Source: Gammaproteobacteria bacterium
Lineage (GTDB): Bacteria; Pseudomonadota; Gammaproteobacteria; Arenicellales; JAJDZL01
DNA: 64,000 nucleotides
Reading direction: 5' to 3'
Assembly: GCA_047517965.1 (NCBI GenBank)
Contig: JAKZRU010000001.1
Location: 39,714 to 103,713 of the forward strand
Every line of letters starts with the position of its first letter. Positions within the stretch are counted from its first letter, which is position 1. Of this stretch, positions 29,101 through 37,422 are shown in pieces. Both the position numbers and the translations under genes were made by a program. The notes beneath the pieces are model-generated. The model had not been told where the DNA came from and searched no databases. It saw nothing but the letters and a program-made list of their open reading frames with translations.

Positions 29101-30601
29101 TCGAACAGCGAAATTTCTTGTGAGCTCTCCTTGCGGCGGTATTGCACAAACTGCTGACATCTGGGTAGTTGTTCAATTCGAGTGTCGTCAAGCAGTTGCG
29201 CAACTGCTTGAGGTTCTTCGAGGTTGAAGCAGTCAGTGGAAGAAGGAAAACTTTTTTCGACATTGCCTGTTTTCGATCTAGTTTGGTTGGAGCTTGCTGG
29301 ATGATTACATGTGCATTGGTGCCTCCAAATCCAAATGAGTTTATCGCCGCACAACGTGGCTTGCCAGCTGTCTCATGCCATTCTTCAAATTCATTCGGGA
29401 CACGGATACCAAGAGCCGTGAAATCAATTTTGGGATTTGGATTCACAAAGTGGAGATTCGGTGGAATTTGGCCATGATGCACTGCCAGTGTCGCTTTGAT
29501 CAATCCGGCGATGCCCGCAGCTGCTTCTGTATGACCGATATTGGTTTTGACCGAGCCGACCGGGCAGCCGTGAATTTTTTCCGGTTGTCCATACACTTCG
29601 CCAAGTGATGTAGCTTCAACCGTATCCCCGGCTTGCGTTCCAGTGCCGTGCGCTTCAACATAGCCGATATCCGATGGATGAAGTCCACACTGTTGCAATG
29701 AAGTGTGCATCATTCGTACCTGAGCCTCGGGGTTCGGTGCCATCAAGCCAATGGTGCGTCCATCTTGATTTACGCTACTAGCAACGATTGTCGTGTAAAT
29801 TCTGTCCCCATCAACCAGAGCATCAGAGAGTCGTTTCAGCATTACCAAACCGCCGCCCTCTGCACGCACGAAGCCGTCCGCGTTTTTGTCGAAAGCCTGA
29901 CACATTCCCGCTTTCGACAACATGGATGCCTGCGAAAATTCAATGTAACTCTCCGGTAGCACAATGGCGTTTGCTCCACCCGCCAAAGCGACATCAACAT
30001 CCCCGGACCTGAGTGCCTTGCAGGCAGAATCAACAGCAGTCAGCGAAGAGGAGCACGCAGTGTCAATCGTCAAACTTGGACCTTGCAGGTTGAAACAGTA
30101 TGAAATTCTGTTTGCTGCGATGCTTGTAGATCGTCCAAGTGCGGAATACTGGGAAATTTGTTGCCGGTCAAAAAGAATCAGCCTTTCATAGTCGTGGTTA
30201 ATGACGCCGGCGTATACGCCGGTCTGCAATCTGGATAAACAATCGGGAGAAATCGCAGCATTTTCCATGCACCGCCAGGCAAGTTCGAGTAGTATTCTCT
30301 GCTGTGGGTCAATCTCGGATGCCTCTCTGGGAGAAATGCCGAAAAATGCAGTGTCGAACTGGTCGATATCGTCAATAAACCCTCCGACCTTTGCAAACTG
30401 TGCCCCAAATTTTTTATCGACATCAGTCAGAATTCGACTGTCCCAGCGTTCGGGCGGAATGGGAGTTATGCAGTCGACTTTGTTTTTAATGTTTTGCCAG
30501 AATGTACTGGGGTTATCGGCTTTTCCGGGAAAACGGCAGGACATGCCGACGATGGCAATTGGAGAACAATAGTGTTCTTTCATCTTACCGAACCGTAGCA
30601 T
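23102..30601 (-). CDS. Type I polyketide synthase, single fully reducing module: KS-AT-DH-MT-ER-KR-ACP
   Basis: 2499 aa. KS about 30565-29294 (DTACSSS, EAHGTGT, NIGHTE). AT about 28999-28052 (GHSVGE; VPFHS). DH about 27919-27062 (HRIRGELVFP; DPSLLDLCF). Methyltransferase about 26584-25832 (ILEVGGGTG). ER about 25144-24167 (HSASGGVGLA). KR about 24124-23567 (GGSRGFG; YSAANA). ACP about 23314-23105 (FGIDSLLAVEL). No TE, R or C domain. Confidence 0.95.
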   Translation of the reverse strand: MLRFGKMKEHYCSPIAIVGMSCRFPGKADNPSTFWQNIKNKVDCITPIPPERWDSRILTDVDKKFGAQFAKVGGFIDDIDQFDTAFFGISPREASEIDPQQRILLELAWRCMENAAISPDCLSRLQTGVYAGVINHDYERLILFDRQQISQYSALGRSTSIAANRISYCFNLQGPSLTIDTACSSSLTAVDSACKALRSGDVDVALAGGANAIVLPESYIEFSQASMLSKAGMCQAFDKNADGFVRAEGGGLVMLKRLSDALVDGDRIYTTIVASSVNQDGRTIGLMAPNPEAQVRMMHTSLQQCGLHPSDIGYVEAHGTGTQAGDTVEATSLGEVYGQPEKIHGCPVGSVKTNIGHTEAAAGIAGLIKATLAVHHGQIPPNLHFVNPNPKIDFTALGIRVPNEFEEWHETAGKPRCAAINSFGFGGTNAHVIIQQAPTKLDRKQAMSKKVFLLPLTASTSKNLKQLRNCLTTLELNNYPDVSSLCNTAARRAHKKFRCSIPIAAEIDGKPTPSLSALETDSATNIKAIDSVAKIAFVFNGMGADWQSAGLEFYATEPVFAATIDLCDAIFQKEFSLPNIRSYFLHEDPNSQGGLERIHALYFAVQIATHELWNSWGVKPDAVVGHSVGEVAAACAAGHLDIVDASRIVCERARTLQKCSGRGLMLAAALSPAEANHIAESMPSELFVAAINSKTSVTFSGTEQSIRLICKQLENQGKFCRLLELSVPFHSPLIDECQTEITSKIRIVRSRHNQIRWFSSVHGTEIVNDVMKPNYWWENFREPVRFSECVQACIHAGIHCFVEIGPHPNLSYDIQECLRSEGVIAPSLYSLQRNGQDRANMISTAGKLFSLGVKLDWEKINSKAQICDFPVAEFNRQKHWKRTAMVLEGRRGRQLKHFPLLQDSDSIGQGSWDLALNVNELVWLKNHRIRGELVFPAAGYVEAALEAASSWLDQPSIELTSIQFDQILQLQDEGETAQTLLKLNITDNTNENSFDFQILQHSSSAQPKSTIYCHGALQSGNSPQPRSNLSDLKERFVKSVEPIRLREELNELGLEGDWSTWKIRNLKVIDKKEVLARIEFLEQPSELRLKYQLDPSLLDLCFRTASTITGGNRVYLPQEIERLEYWTDHSRAVWCYIQVKSVMKDSLELDLEISNENGHVIARISRFALRQFDVRNPLSPDCSVPIHAFRPEWALYQPNSQGVDWFDSKIDRYHQNLQTYMLRLSESCRRQNYYKKISHGLDEITLNYIGQCFNLAGFPARGMRISLPTLELNLRIDSQQIPLFHSLLALLEKNQIIRLKYDNRQVGNFNDVGSVEIDVVHDLPSNPDRAVSKFLESPDAAEYVSELLLIDRCGSCLNSVLTGKQTGLNTLFPEGSIVDLQNLYQTSPTCRIYNEVIRESIEKLLQDWPFARKCRILEVGGGTGALLFHLAPVLQEHPVEYTFTDISSSFIRRARTRFEKYEFIRFGELDFDADPLAQGYVSHHYDVILASDTLHLAHDSEQALKKLRKLLVPGGFFYFIELTDEPDWARLVFGMLHGWWHNADTNRLHNSPCKSRHQWLELLNRLECKSILTISDRTDDKDPLHSIFLAQNAVTNRGKTPAAIGTNRKRLVFSDDSSFSRKLLKHFQTDSAFRVTCGKRYSRNKSGFKIRPNSVEDYLQIMRALGQSEQLPDEIIFLWNFSPQTATANEFDAIYAATPMALVIARLVQAFDHEAKALPRMTLVSADAHQENKIRNISTCFNASIWGIGRTLRNEYPDTHCRLIDIDTGNSNSAKGLHNFIECNEDILEVSLRESGWYVPIARNLHVDRLIQPENNALVLNCSQSGDLNQLEFKRIACPAPKNTEVVVKIASSALNFRDIMVALDALPVSAVSSGFMQNSLGIECAGEIVETGKDVANFSVGDRVIALARNSISTFVTTDVKFVYRIPNNLTFEQATGLPTAYVTALFCLEQAAKLKPGNSILIHSASGGVGLALVNLAQKAKADIFATVGTSDKAKFLNLTGIRQISDSRSASFVKDILEWTQGKGVDVIVNTLGRELAMANREILKPDGTFIELGKYENRENLHQSILDIHPAAKIEIVDIDRMWNDDPDSLASYIRDTMKTFEQNRLPVLPYRVFPAQNTVDAFRHMASAQHIGKVVVSMTQLQQENFRIRPKTRISPNATYVIAGGSRGFGFATALWLSENGAKYLVLISRAPESTDTLQKYRYKFEESGTTIEVVKADITRLDQLQENLARLDGNMPPIRGVFHCAMEIDDRVLANLDSDNYVKSTHTKILGAWNLHQVTRYMELDFFVLYSSVTSIVGPPGQASYSAANAFLDSFADYLRDRGIPATSVNWGAVSDRGYVADNTQRSVETVDKFGVFPLPAQRMLSLLNGSLGSASDNRIVIAGGTWAQEAARTRMFGCSTIGTSKLFENGLNGLEMTDSNNTDVQQIVLSCVSRVLGIPRDAVDLHEPIVNFGIDSLLAVELSHMLRMESNIQISATSLLQPVSIHDIASLN

Positions 30602-30658
30602 TTATCGATACAGTTTCGGATATGCGAAGTGCCGAAAATATCGCAGTCGAGGGGTGTG

Positions 30659-30976
30659 TCAGAGCCTTGATTCGGAAGGAGTGCAGTAAATTTCATGTAG
30701 AAGTTCAATGACTTGCAAGGCATTTTCATTTGCAATGGAATAGTATTTGGATTGCGAATGCCGACGTGCTTTGATAATTCCTTGTTTCCTCAGCCTCGCT
30801 AGGTGTTGAGAGATGGAGGATTGTTCCAATCCAACAAGACTTTGTAGTTCACTGACGGATTTCTCGCCATCTGCAAGATGACAAAGAATCATCAATCGTT
30901 GCTCATTCGCCAACTGCTTCAGGAAACTGCTTGCCTCAAGAGCAATGGCTTGTAGTTGTTCCGGTGCAAATTCCAT
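30659..30976 (-). CDS. ArsR/SmtB-family transcriptional regulator (SoxR-like position)
   Basis: 105 aa. LANEQRLMILCHLADGEKSVSELQSLVGLEQSSISQHLARLRKQGII is a winged HTH. Divergent from soxX and 57 nt upstream of, and co-directional with, the PKS. Confidence 0.85.
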   Translation of the reverse strand: MEFAPEQLQAIALEASSFLKQLANEQRLMILCHLADGEKSVSELQSLVGLEQSSISQHLARLRKQGIIKARRHSQSKYYSIANENALQVIELLHEIYCTPSESRL

Positions 30977-31214
30977 TGTTAGAAAGTGAGATTTCTTGCG
31001 GAAAGATTATGCAGTTGATAAATGTTCAGTTTCAAAATTTTGCAACGATCAGTACCGAAATCGATTCTTCATTCTCCACCACGTACCACCATTCATTGAA
31101 TTGAACAATGAAACAAATTATTGTATATTGCCAAGCAAATTTTCGGGTGTCTCGAAGTATTATTTTCGCAGACGATTAGAAACAAAACCGACGCTTTAGG
31201 AGTCTTAAACAGTA

Positions 31215-31580
31215 ATGATGAAATCACTATTTGGATTATTCTCGCTTGTTGCGGTATTGTTCTTCTCGACAATCTACATAGTTCCGGGGCATGCCGACAG
31301 CGGAGCAGACGTCATTGCGGAAGGAAAAAAAATTTCAGTGGACCGAAAGAAAGGCAACTGCCTTGCTTGTCACATTATGGAAGACGGTGAAATGCCTGGC
31401 ACACAAGGCCCGCCACTCATCTTCATGAAGCAACGTTTTGCAGACAAGGCAAAGCTGAGAGCGCGAATTTATGATGCTACAGCATTCAATCCGAATTCGA
31501 TGATGCCGCCGTTCGGGAGGCACGGCATTCTAACAGATGATGAAATCGACAAAATTACTGAATATCTATACACGTTATAA
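31215..31580 (+). CDS. soxX: Sulfur-oxidation c-type cytochrome SoxX
   Basis: 121 aa. Signal peptide, single heme motif CLACH, and position immediately upstream of soxYZA. Confidence 0.7.
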   Translation: MMKSLFGLFSLVAVLFFSTIYIVPGHADSGADVIAEGKKISVDRKKGNCLACHIMEDGEMPGTQGPPLIFMKQRFADKAKLRARIYDATAFNPNSMMPPFGRHGILTDDEIDKITEYLYTL

Positions 31581-31593
31581 ATGAGGTGTCTCA

Positions 31594-32070
31594 ATGAAAA
31601 CGATTGAAGTACACAGACGCAAGATACTCAAGGGGGCATTAGCAACAGCCCTCACCGGTCTTGCTGCGTCTTGGGGCTTACTGACAAATTTAGCATACGC
31701 CGCACGTCCGCAGATGGCATTTGATGCCGAGGAAGTGCCTGAAACCCTGAAAGCGTTGTTTGGAGAAGACAGTGTTCAGGATAGCGATGCCGTTGTCGTC
31801 AAAGCGCCGGACATCGCGGAAAATGGTGCGGTGGTTCCAATCAAGGTCACAGCGAATTTTGACAACGTGGAATCCATCGCCATCATCGTTCCGGAAAATC
31901 CGGCGCCCATGGTTGCCGCATTCGACCTGCAGCCTGGCGTTGTCCCTGAGGTCTCCGTGAGGATCAAAATGGGTAAAACCTCCGATGTCATTGCCTTAGT
32001 CAAAGCGGACGGCAGCGTATACAGAGGCTCGAAAGAAGTGAAAGTCACCATCGGCGGATGCGGTGGGTAG
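31594..32070 (+). CDS. soxY: Thiosulfate-oxidation carrier protein SoxY
   Basis: Tat signal (HRRKILKGALATAL) and the diagnostic C-terminal GGCGG-stop. Confidence 0.9.
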   Translation: MKTIEVHRRKILKGALATALTGLAASWGLLTNLAYAARPQMAFDAEEVPETLKALFGEDSVQDSDAVVVKAPDIAENGAVVPIKVTANFDNVESIAIIVPENPAPMVAAFDLQPGVVPEVSVRIKMGKTSDVIALVKADGSVYRGSKEVKVTIGGCGG

Positions 32071-32093
32071 ACGAAATTTACGAGGAATTTATT

Positions 32094-32405
32094 ATGACTA
32101 TGAAAGTAAGAGCCAAAATGACCAGCGACAATAAGGTCCAGGTCAAGATGCTGATCAAGCACCCGATGGAAACCGGACTGCGTAAAGACAGAAAGACCGG
32201 TAAACCAATTCCTGCTAATTTTGTTGAATCAGTCACCTGCCACTGGCAAGATAAGGAGTTGCTGCGAGCTCACTGGGGCCCGGCAATCTCGAAAAATCCG
32301 TATATGTCTTTCAAGCTGAGTGGCCCGAAGTCAGGTGATGTATTGATGCTCCGCTGGTCGGACAATCAAGGTAAATCAGGCGAACTGGCATCGACAATTG
32401 GATAA
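32094..32405 (+). CDS. soxZ: Thiosulfate-oxidation carrier complex protein SoxZ
   Basis: 103 aa from the internal ATG (MTMKVRAKM) with a GAGGAA RBS. Size and position after soxY fit. IKHPMETGLRKD block. Confidence 0.8.
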   Translation: MTMKVRAKMTSDNKVQVKMLIKHPMETGLRKDRKTGKPIPANFVESVTCHWQDKELLRAHWGPAISKNPYMSFKLSGPKSGDVLMLRWSDNQGKSGELASTIG

Positions 32406-32444
32406 CGCATCCAATACGGACAGTCGAATTAGGAGAGCAATTTA

Positions 32445-33281
32445 ATGAAAAGAATGTTGTCGGCTGTACTGATTGGTTGCGTGATGGCAGGCGTGTCGAT
32501 TTTAACGTTTGCTACACCTGAAGAAGACCGGCAGGCATTTCAACAGTATTACCTGACCAAATTTCCGGACACGCCGAAAGACGATTTCATCAATGGAGCT
32601 TATTCCCTAGATGCGGGTTCGCGGGAGCAATGGTTAGCCCTTGAGGAGTTTCCACCATATGAATTCGCGTTGAGTCGAGGTGAGGAAGCCTTTGGAACTT
32701 CATTTGCCAACGGTAAATCCTATGCGGACTGTTTCGAGAACGGCGGAATCGAGATTCGGCAAAATTATCCTTATTTTGATACCGAACAGGGACAGGTGGT
32801 AACGCTAGAGCTTGCGATCAACCAATGTAGAGAAGCGAATGGCGAAAAACCTCTCAAGTACAAATCCGGCGACATTGCCGCAATTTCGGCATACATGGCA
32901 TACACTTCGCGTGGCCAGACCATCAATGTAGTCATTCTGGATGATCCGCGCGCATTGGAAGCGTATGAAGCCGGCAAGCAGTTCTATTACACCAAGAGAG
33001 GTCAATTGAACTTTGCATGTGCAGACTGCCACGTCAATGCTTCAGGCGGATATATCCGTTCGGAGTTGTTGAGCCCGGCATTGGGACAAATGAGTCACTT
33101 TCCAGTGTATCGCCTGAAGTGGGGTGCGATTGGAACCCTGCATCGTTTTTTCAGTGGGTGTAATCAGCAGGTGCGGGCAAAAGCCTTCAAGCCGCAAGGC
33201 CCCGAATATCGGAATCTTGAATACTTTTTGACCTACATGAGCAATGGATTGGAATTCAACGGACCCGGAGTTCGCAAGTAA
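32445..33281 (+). CDS. soxA: Sulfur-oxidation cytochrome SoxA, monoheme type
   Basis: 278 aa with a signal peptide. A single CADCH heme site and the conserved distal Cys in FFSGCNQQV. The site where diheme SoxA carries a first CxxCH reads SYADCFENG. Confidence 0.8.
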   Translation: MKRMLSAVLIGCVMAGVSILTFATPEEDRQAFQQYYLTKFPDTPKDDFINGAYSLDAGSREQWLALEEFPPYEFALSRGEEAFGTSFANGKSYADCFENGGIEIRQNYPYFDTEQGQVVTLELAINQCREANGEKPLKYKSGDIAAISAYMAYTSRGQTINVVILDDPRALEAYEAGKQFYYTKRGQLNFACADCHVNASGGYIRSELLSPALGQMSHFPVYRLKWGAIGTLHRFFSGCNQQVRAKAFKPQGPEYRNLEYFLTYMSNGLEFNGPGVRK

Positions 33282-33297
33282 ACGACGGGAGACAGAC

Positions 33298-33624
33298 ATG
33301 AGATCAACGGTAACAAAACTGTTCTTTAGCCTATTGTTCGTTTCTGCCGCAATGTCGTTCAATGTGGCGAACGCATCGGAGCCTACCGTGGAAGAATTCA
33401 ATGCAGCCTTTGTGGAAGCAAACGAAGCGAGAAAGATGTCCGGTTCGCTCGGCCATGAATGGCGCGATACTGTAAAAATCCTCAGAGCTGCTCAAAAAGC
33501 TGCCGAAGGCGGGGATCTTGTAGCAGCAATGAAACTTGTTGCTCAGGCCAAATTTCAGAGCGACGCGGCAATTGTACAGGCGAACAGAGAACAAAGTCTG
33601 TGGAAAGGCCGAGTGATTCGATAG
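33298..33624 (+). CDS. Small periplasmic protein, possibly SoxK-like (SoxXA-binding subunit)
   Basis: 108 aa from the internal ATG (MRSTVTKLFFSLLFVSAAMSFNVANA signal). Helical, A/E/K-rich. The SoxK call rests only on size, position between soxA and soxB, and the monoheme SoxA. Confidence 0.35.
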   Translation: MRSTVTKLFFSLLFVSAAMSFNVANASEPTVEEFNAAFVEANEARKMSGSLGHEWRDTVKILRAAQKAAEGGDLVAAMKLVAQAKFQSDAAIVQANREQSLWKGRVIR

Positions 33625-33735
33625 TTCAATTTAATTTCGATTTTTTTGATTCCAAATCTACGGTGATTTAGCGGATTGACTTGACCTTCAGTGATCGGCT
33701 TTGCCCGGATGAATTGGTACTATGGGTGAATAGTC

Positions 33736-35490
33736 GTGCACATGGACCGTCGTGAATTTGTACAAACGCTCGCAGCAGCGAGTTTTGCTGGGTTTTTGCC
33801 GACGACGTCTGTTGCTGGCAAAAGTCTGTATGACATTCCCACATTCGGGCAGATTCGTCTGCTTCACATCACTGATTCGCATGCCCAGCTCAATCCGATT
33901 TATTATCGGGAACCACACGTCAACATAGGCATTGCCGACTCTTGGGGAAAGCCGCCTCATATCGTCGGCAACGCATTTTTCGAGCACTTCGGAATTTCTC
34001 CAGCATCACCGCAGGCGTACGCCTTTACGTATTCCGATTTCGCTGAACTTGCACATCAGTACGGCAAGGTAGGTGGATATGCATACATCAAGTCTCTGGT
34101 GGACCAGTTGCGACAAACCTATGGTTCGGAGCGAACTCTTCTGCTTGATGGCGGCGACAGTTGGCAAGGCAGTGGAACTGCATTGTGGACGCGCGGCATG
34201 GAAATGGTGCAAGCCAACAATATTCTGGGCGTGGATATTTCGACAGGCCATTGGGAGTTCACCTATACACCGGAAGAATTTCAGCAAAACCTGCAGGCAT
34301 TTGAAGGGGAATTCTTGGCTCAGAACATCTTTTTGACCGAAGATGCTCTGTTTGAGGAGAAGCCTGCTTTCGATGACTTTACCGGGCACGTATTTCAACC
34401 GTACACGATGAAATCTCTCAGCGGGTTTGACGTAGCCATCATCGGTCAGGCTTTCCCCTACACTCCGATTGCCAATCCGAGTCGAAATATTCCAGACTGG
34501 ACTTTCGGCATTCGCGTGGAGGAGATGCAAGACCTGATCAATGGGATTCAGAAGAGAGAAAAACCGGATGCAATTATCTTGCTCTCGCACAACGGTATGG
34601 ATGTAGACCTGAAGCTTGCGAGCATTGTTACGGGCATAGATGTGATTCTAGGTGGTCATACTCACGACGCGGTTCCTGCGGCAATTCCGGTGAAGAATTC
34701 GGCGTCGACTACACTGGTGACGAATGCTGGATCAAATGGGAAGTTTGTTGGCGTTCTGGATTTGAAGCTGAGCGAGAAAGGGGTTAATGAAATTCAGTAT
34801 CGGCTGTTGCCGGTGTTTGGAAATTATCTGGATGCGGATTTTGAAATGCAGAATTTCATTGACACTTCTCGTCAGCCTTACGCCGAGCAGTTGGACGAAG
34901 AACTGGCAGTGACTGAGTCGCTTCTGTTCAGGCGGGGGAATTTCAATGGCACCTTTGATGAGCTTATCTGTGATGCATTACGAAATACAGGCGGCGCGCA
35001 GATTGCATTGTCTCCCGGCTTTCGGTGGGGAACTTCCATTATTCCAGGACAGACCATCACCATGGAGGACGTGCTGGCACAGACAGCGATGACTTATCCT
35101 GAAACGTACAATCGGGAAATGAATGGTGAAACCTTGAAGCTGATACTTGAGGATGTTGCAGATAATGCATTCAACCCGGATCCGTTTTACCGACAGGGCG
35201 GAGATATGGTGCGAGTGTCCGGACTGACGTATGCGATCAATCCGACGATGTCATTCGGCAGCAGAATTTCAGACATGCGGCTGGAAAATGGCGAGTTGAT
35301 CGAGGCGAGCCGCAATTACACTGTAGCCGGATGGGCAACGGTACGTGAAGTCTCACCAGGTCCTCCGGTGTGGGATTTGGTTGCAGAACATCTTCGATCG
35401 CGAGGAACGGTTAGAATAGACAAGGTTAACCAGCCAGAAGTAATCATGAAAGCTGGCAATCCCGGAGTTGGAATCTGGGACAGCAGTTAG
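33736..35490 (+). CDS. soxB: Thiosulfohydrolase SoxB
   Basis: 584 aa. Tat signal (DRREFVQTLAAASFAGF). Dinuclear metallophosphoesterase/5'-nucleotidase motifs (HITDSHAQ, GGDSWQGS, LSHNG, GGHTHD). GTG at 33736 or ATG at 33742. Confidence 0.9.
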   Translation: MHMDRREFVQTLAAASFAGFLPTTSVAGKSLYDIPTFGQIRLLHITDSHAQLNPIYYREPHVNIGIADSWGKPPHIVGNAFFEHFGISPASPQAYAFTYSDFAELAHQYGKVGGYAYIKSLVDQLRQTYGSERTLLLDGGDSWQGSGTALWTRGMEMVQANNILGVDISTGHWEFTYTPEEFQQNLQAFEGEFLAQNIFLTEDALFEEKPAFDDFTGHVFQPYTMKSLSGFDVAIIGQAFPYTPIANPSRNIPDWTFGIRVEEMQDLINGIQKREKPDAIILLSHNGMDVDLKLASIVTGIDVILGGHTHDAVPAAIPVKNSASTTLVTNAGSNGKFVGVLDLKLSEKGVNEIQYRLLPVFGNYLDADFEMQNFIDTSRQPYAEQLDEELAVTESLLFRRGNFNGTFDELICDALRNTGGAQIALSPGFRWGTSIIPGQTITMEDVLAQTAMTYPETYNREMNGETLKLILEDVADNAFNPDPFYRQGGDMVRVSGLTYAINPTMSFGSRISDMRLENGELIEASRNYTVAGWATVREVSPGPPVWDLVAEHLRSRGTVRIDKVNQPEVIMKAGNPGVGIWDSS

Positions 35491-35509
35491 TTTTTGGAAT
35501 CGAGAACGT

Positions 35510-36055
35510 ATGAAGCAGGCAGGCAAAGTATTTACAGCACTCGTCGTATTCTTCCTGTGTGGAATTTTGCAGGTTTCAGCGGAGATTCGGTCGCCGGAGG
35601 AATATTTTTTCCATCAAACCTTTGGTGACCTATTGGAAGAAGTGGAGATTGCCAAAGAAGAAGGGCAGGGTTCCATTTTGGTCATGTTCGAGTTGAACGA
35701 TTGTCCATGGTGCGAGCGTATGAAAGCAATGATTTTGAATCAGTCTGAGGTTCAAGATTACTATCGCGAGCACTTTCGAATCTTGACGATCAATGTCGAA
35801 GGAGATAACCTGATCGTCGATTTCAATGGTGAAGATATTGCTGAAAAGGAATTTGCCCTCAAGCACAACAGAATTCGTGCGACACCGGTGTTTTTATTTT
35901 TAGACCTTGAAGGAAACCGCATTATGCGCTTTACTGGTGCGGCAAAAAGTGTCGAAGAGTTCATGCTGTTGGGAGAGTTTGTTGTGCAACGGCATTATGA
36001 GACGACCAATTTTATAAAATTCAAGCGCAACCGATCAAACTCGAATACGCAATAG
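35510..36055 (+). CDS. Periplasmic thioredoxin (SoxW/SoxS-like)
   Basis: Internal ATG (MKQAGKVFTALVVFFLCGILQVSA signal). FELNDCPWCERM CxxC motif. Position after soxB. Confidence 0.6.
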   Translation: MKQAGKVFTALVVFFLCGILQVSAEIRSPEEYFFHQTFGDLLEEVEIAKEEGQGSILVMFELNDCPWCERMKAMILNQSEVQDYYREHFRILTINVEGDNLIVDFNGEDIAEKEFALKHNRIRATPVFLFLDLEGNRIMRFTGAAKSVEEFMLLGEFVVQRHYETTNFIKFKRNRSNSNTQ

Positions 36056-36108
36056 GAAGCCGAATTCTTGTTGACTATCATTCATGGAATCGCGGGGAGA
36101 CTTTAGAA

Positions 36109-37422
36109 TTGAAAGGGACAGAATTTTGCTTGGCATTTCTGTCGCTGCTGTGGTTCGTTCCCCCTTGTTCATTTGCTACAAGCTATAGTGCGCCTGGTGA
36201 TCCGCTTACGCTATCAGAAGCGCTGAATATCACATCTTCATTCCATCCTTCCATTGAAAGTGCTGAGCTTGATGTTGCACGCGCTCACACAGATTATGAT
36301 TTTTATCACAACGGAAGTCGTGGCAGCGTAGAAGCACTGATCGTACCTCAGCTGGCTGACCGAGCCGCATCCGGTGCCGGTAATTCTCAAGACGACAGTT
36401 ACATAACACTACGGTTTGTTCAACCAATTTATGATTTCGGTCGAAAACTGGCATCTGAAGCACACGCAGAGACTGAACTCAAGCGAACCAACGACTTGCT
36501 TGAGTATCGGATTCAGCAACAACAGCTTACAGTGATGAGGCGATTTTTTGACGTTCTAGTTGCTGATTTGAACTACGCAGTGAAGAACGAGAAGATGACT
36601 CTCGCTTTCCTGCTATTCAATCGTTTACAGGAAGAATCTGAGATGCACGGAGCGCATGCTGAAGTCGATGTGCTGGCGCATGAAACCATTTATCGGGAGA
36701 GGTTTCATGAGCGTCAGCAAGCCGGTATTCATCAAATAGCTACTCGACGTTTTTTGGTATTGGCTATGGGATTCATTCCAGGACATCATGACTATGTTCC
36801 GCGGGATTTGGTTCCACCTGATATTGCGGATTATGTCAATCGAGAAGTGCCAGCGTATGAAACCATGCTGGAACAGGTACTGGCAAACAGTTATGAGCTG
36901 GCTGATGCACGACTGAAACTACAAGGAGCGGAGAATGCTTTGGATGTCAGCATCAAGAAATATTCACCAACGCTGGATGCGACTCTTGAAGCGACAGAAT
37001 GGGTGCAGGAGACCGGCAGTAGAAATTCTGCTTCGATTGGGTTTCAGATCAGAGTGCCCCTAGTTGCCGGAGCAACAAAGAAAAGAGACCGAGAAATTGC
37101 ACGGATCGAAATTGAGCAGGCGCGGGTGAAACTCGAACAGCTCACATACGATCTGCAAGCTCGTGTTTTTGATTTGTGGAAAAATTTACAGCTCTATCAG
37201 GTGGAACTGGCAGCTGCGAATGTAAGAACTGAATTTCGAGACCAGTATATGGACCGAAGTCGCACTTTGTATGAATTGGAAGAAAGTGCCGATCTTGGAG
37301 ATGCCCAAGCCGAACAGTTGCGTGCACTACTAGAAACCAAGAGAATTGAATATGAACTTGCGATGACGTGGGCAGAATTTGAAGTAATGCGTGGTGCAGG
37401 TTATTCCTCAATTGGGTGGTAA
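36109..37422 (+). CDS. TolC-like outer-membrane efflux protein
   Basis: 437 aa. TTG start with a GGGGAGA RBS. Signal peptide. Long heptad-rich helical segments in two similar halves. Assignment by overall pattern only. Confidence 0.55.
   Translation: MKGTEFCLAFLSLLWFVPPCSFATSYSAPGDPLTLSEALNITSSFHPSIESAELDVARAHTDYDFYHNGSRGSVEALIVPQLADRAASGAGNSQDDSYITLRFVQPIYDFGRKLASEAHAETELKRTNDLLEYRIQQQQLTVMRRFFDVLVADLNYAVKNEKMTLAFLLFNRLQEESEMHGAHAEVDVLAHETIYRERFHERQQAGIHQIATRRFLVLAMGFIPGHHDYVPRDLVPPDIADYVNREVPAYETMLEQVLANSYELADARLKLQGAENALDVSIKKYSPTLDATLEATEWVQETGSRNSASIGFQIRVPLVAGATKKRDREIARIEIEQARVKLEQLTYDLQARVFDLWKNLQLYQVELAAANVRTEFRDQYMDRSRTLYELEESADLGDAQAEQLRALLETKRIEYELAMTWAEFEVMRGAGYSSIGW

Noticed and set aside
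23855-30572. Many 60-140-aa ORFs on both strands inside the PKS gene. Similar nested ORFs lie inside gdhB, soxB, gmaS, tdm and the NACHT gene (for example 34006..34590, 38089..38634, 51391..51900).
   Set aside because: They are shadow or antisense frames of long, motif-rich genes. None has an RBS or a recognisable domain.
36109-37422. The TolC-like OMP together with the HlyD-like adaptor at 59394..60209, considered as one efflux or secretion system
   Set aside because: The genes are 22 kb apart, and no inner-membrane pump or ABC partner lies next to either one. They are treated as unrelated stand-alone genes.
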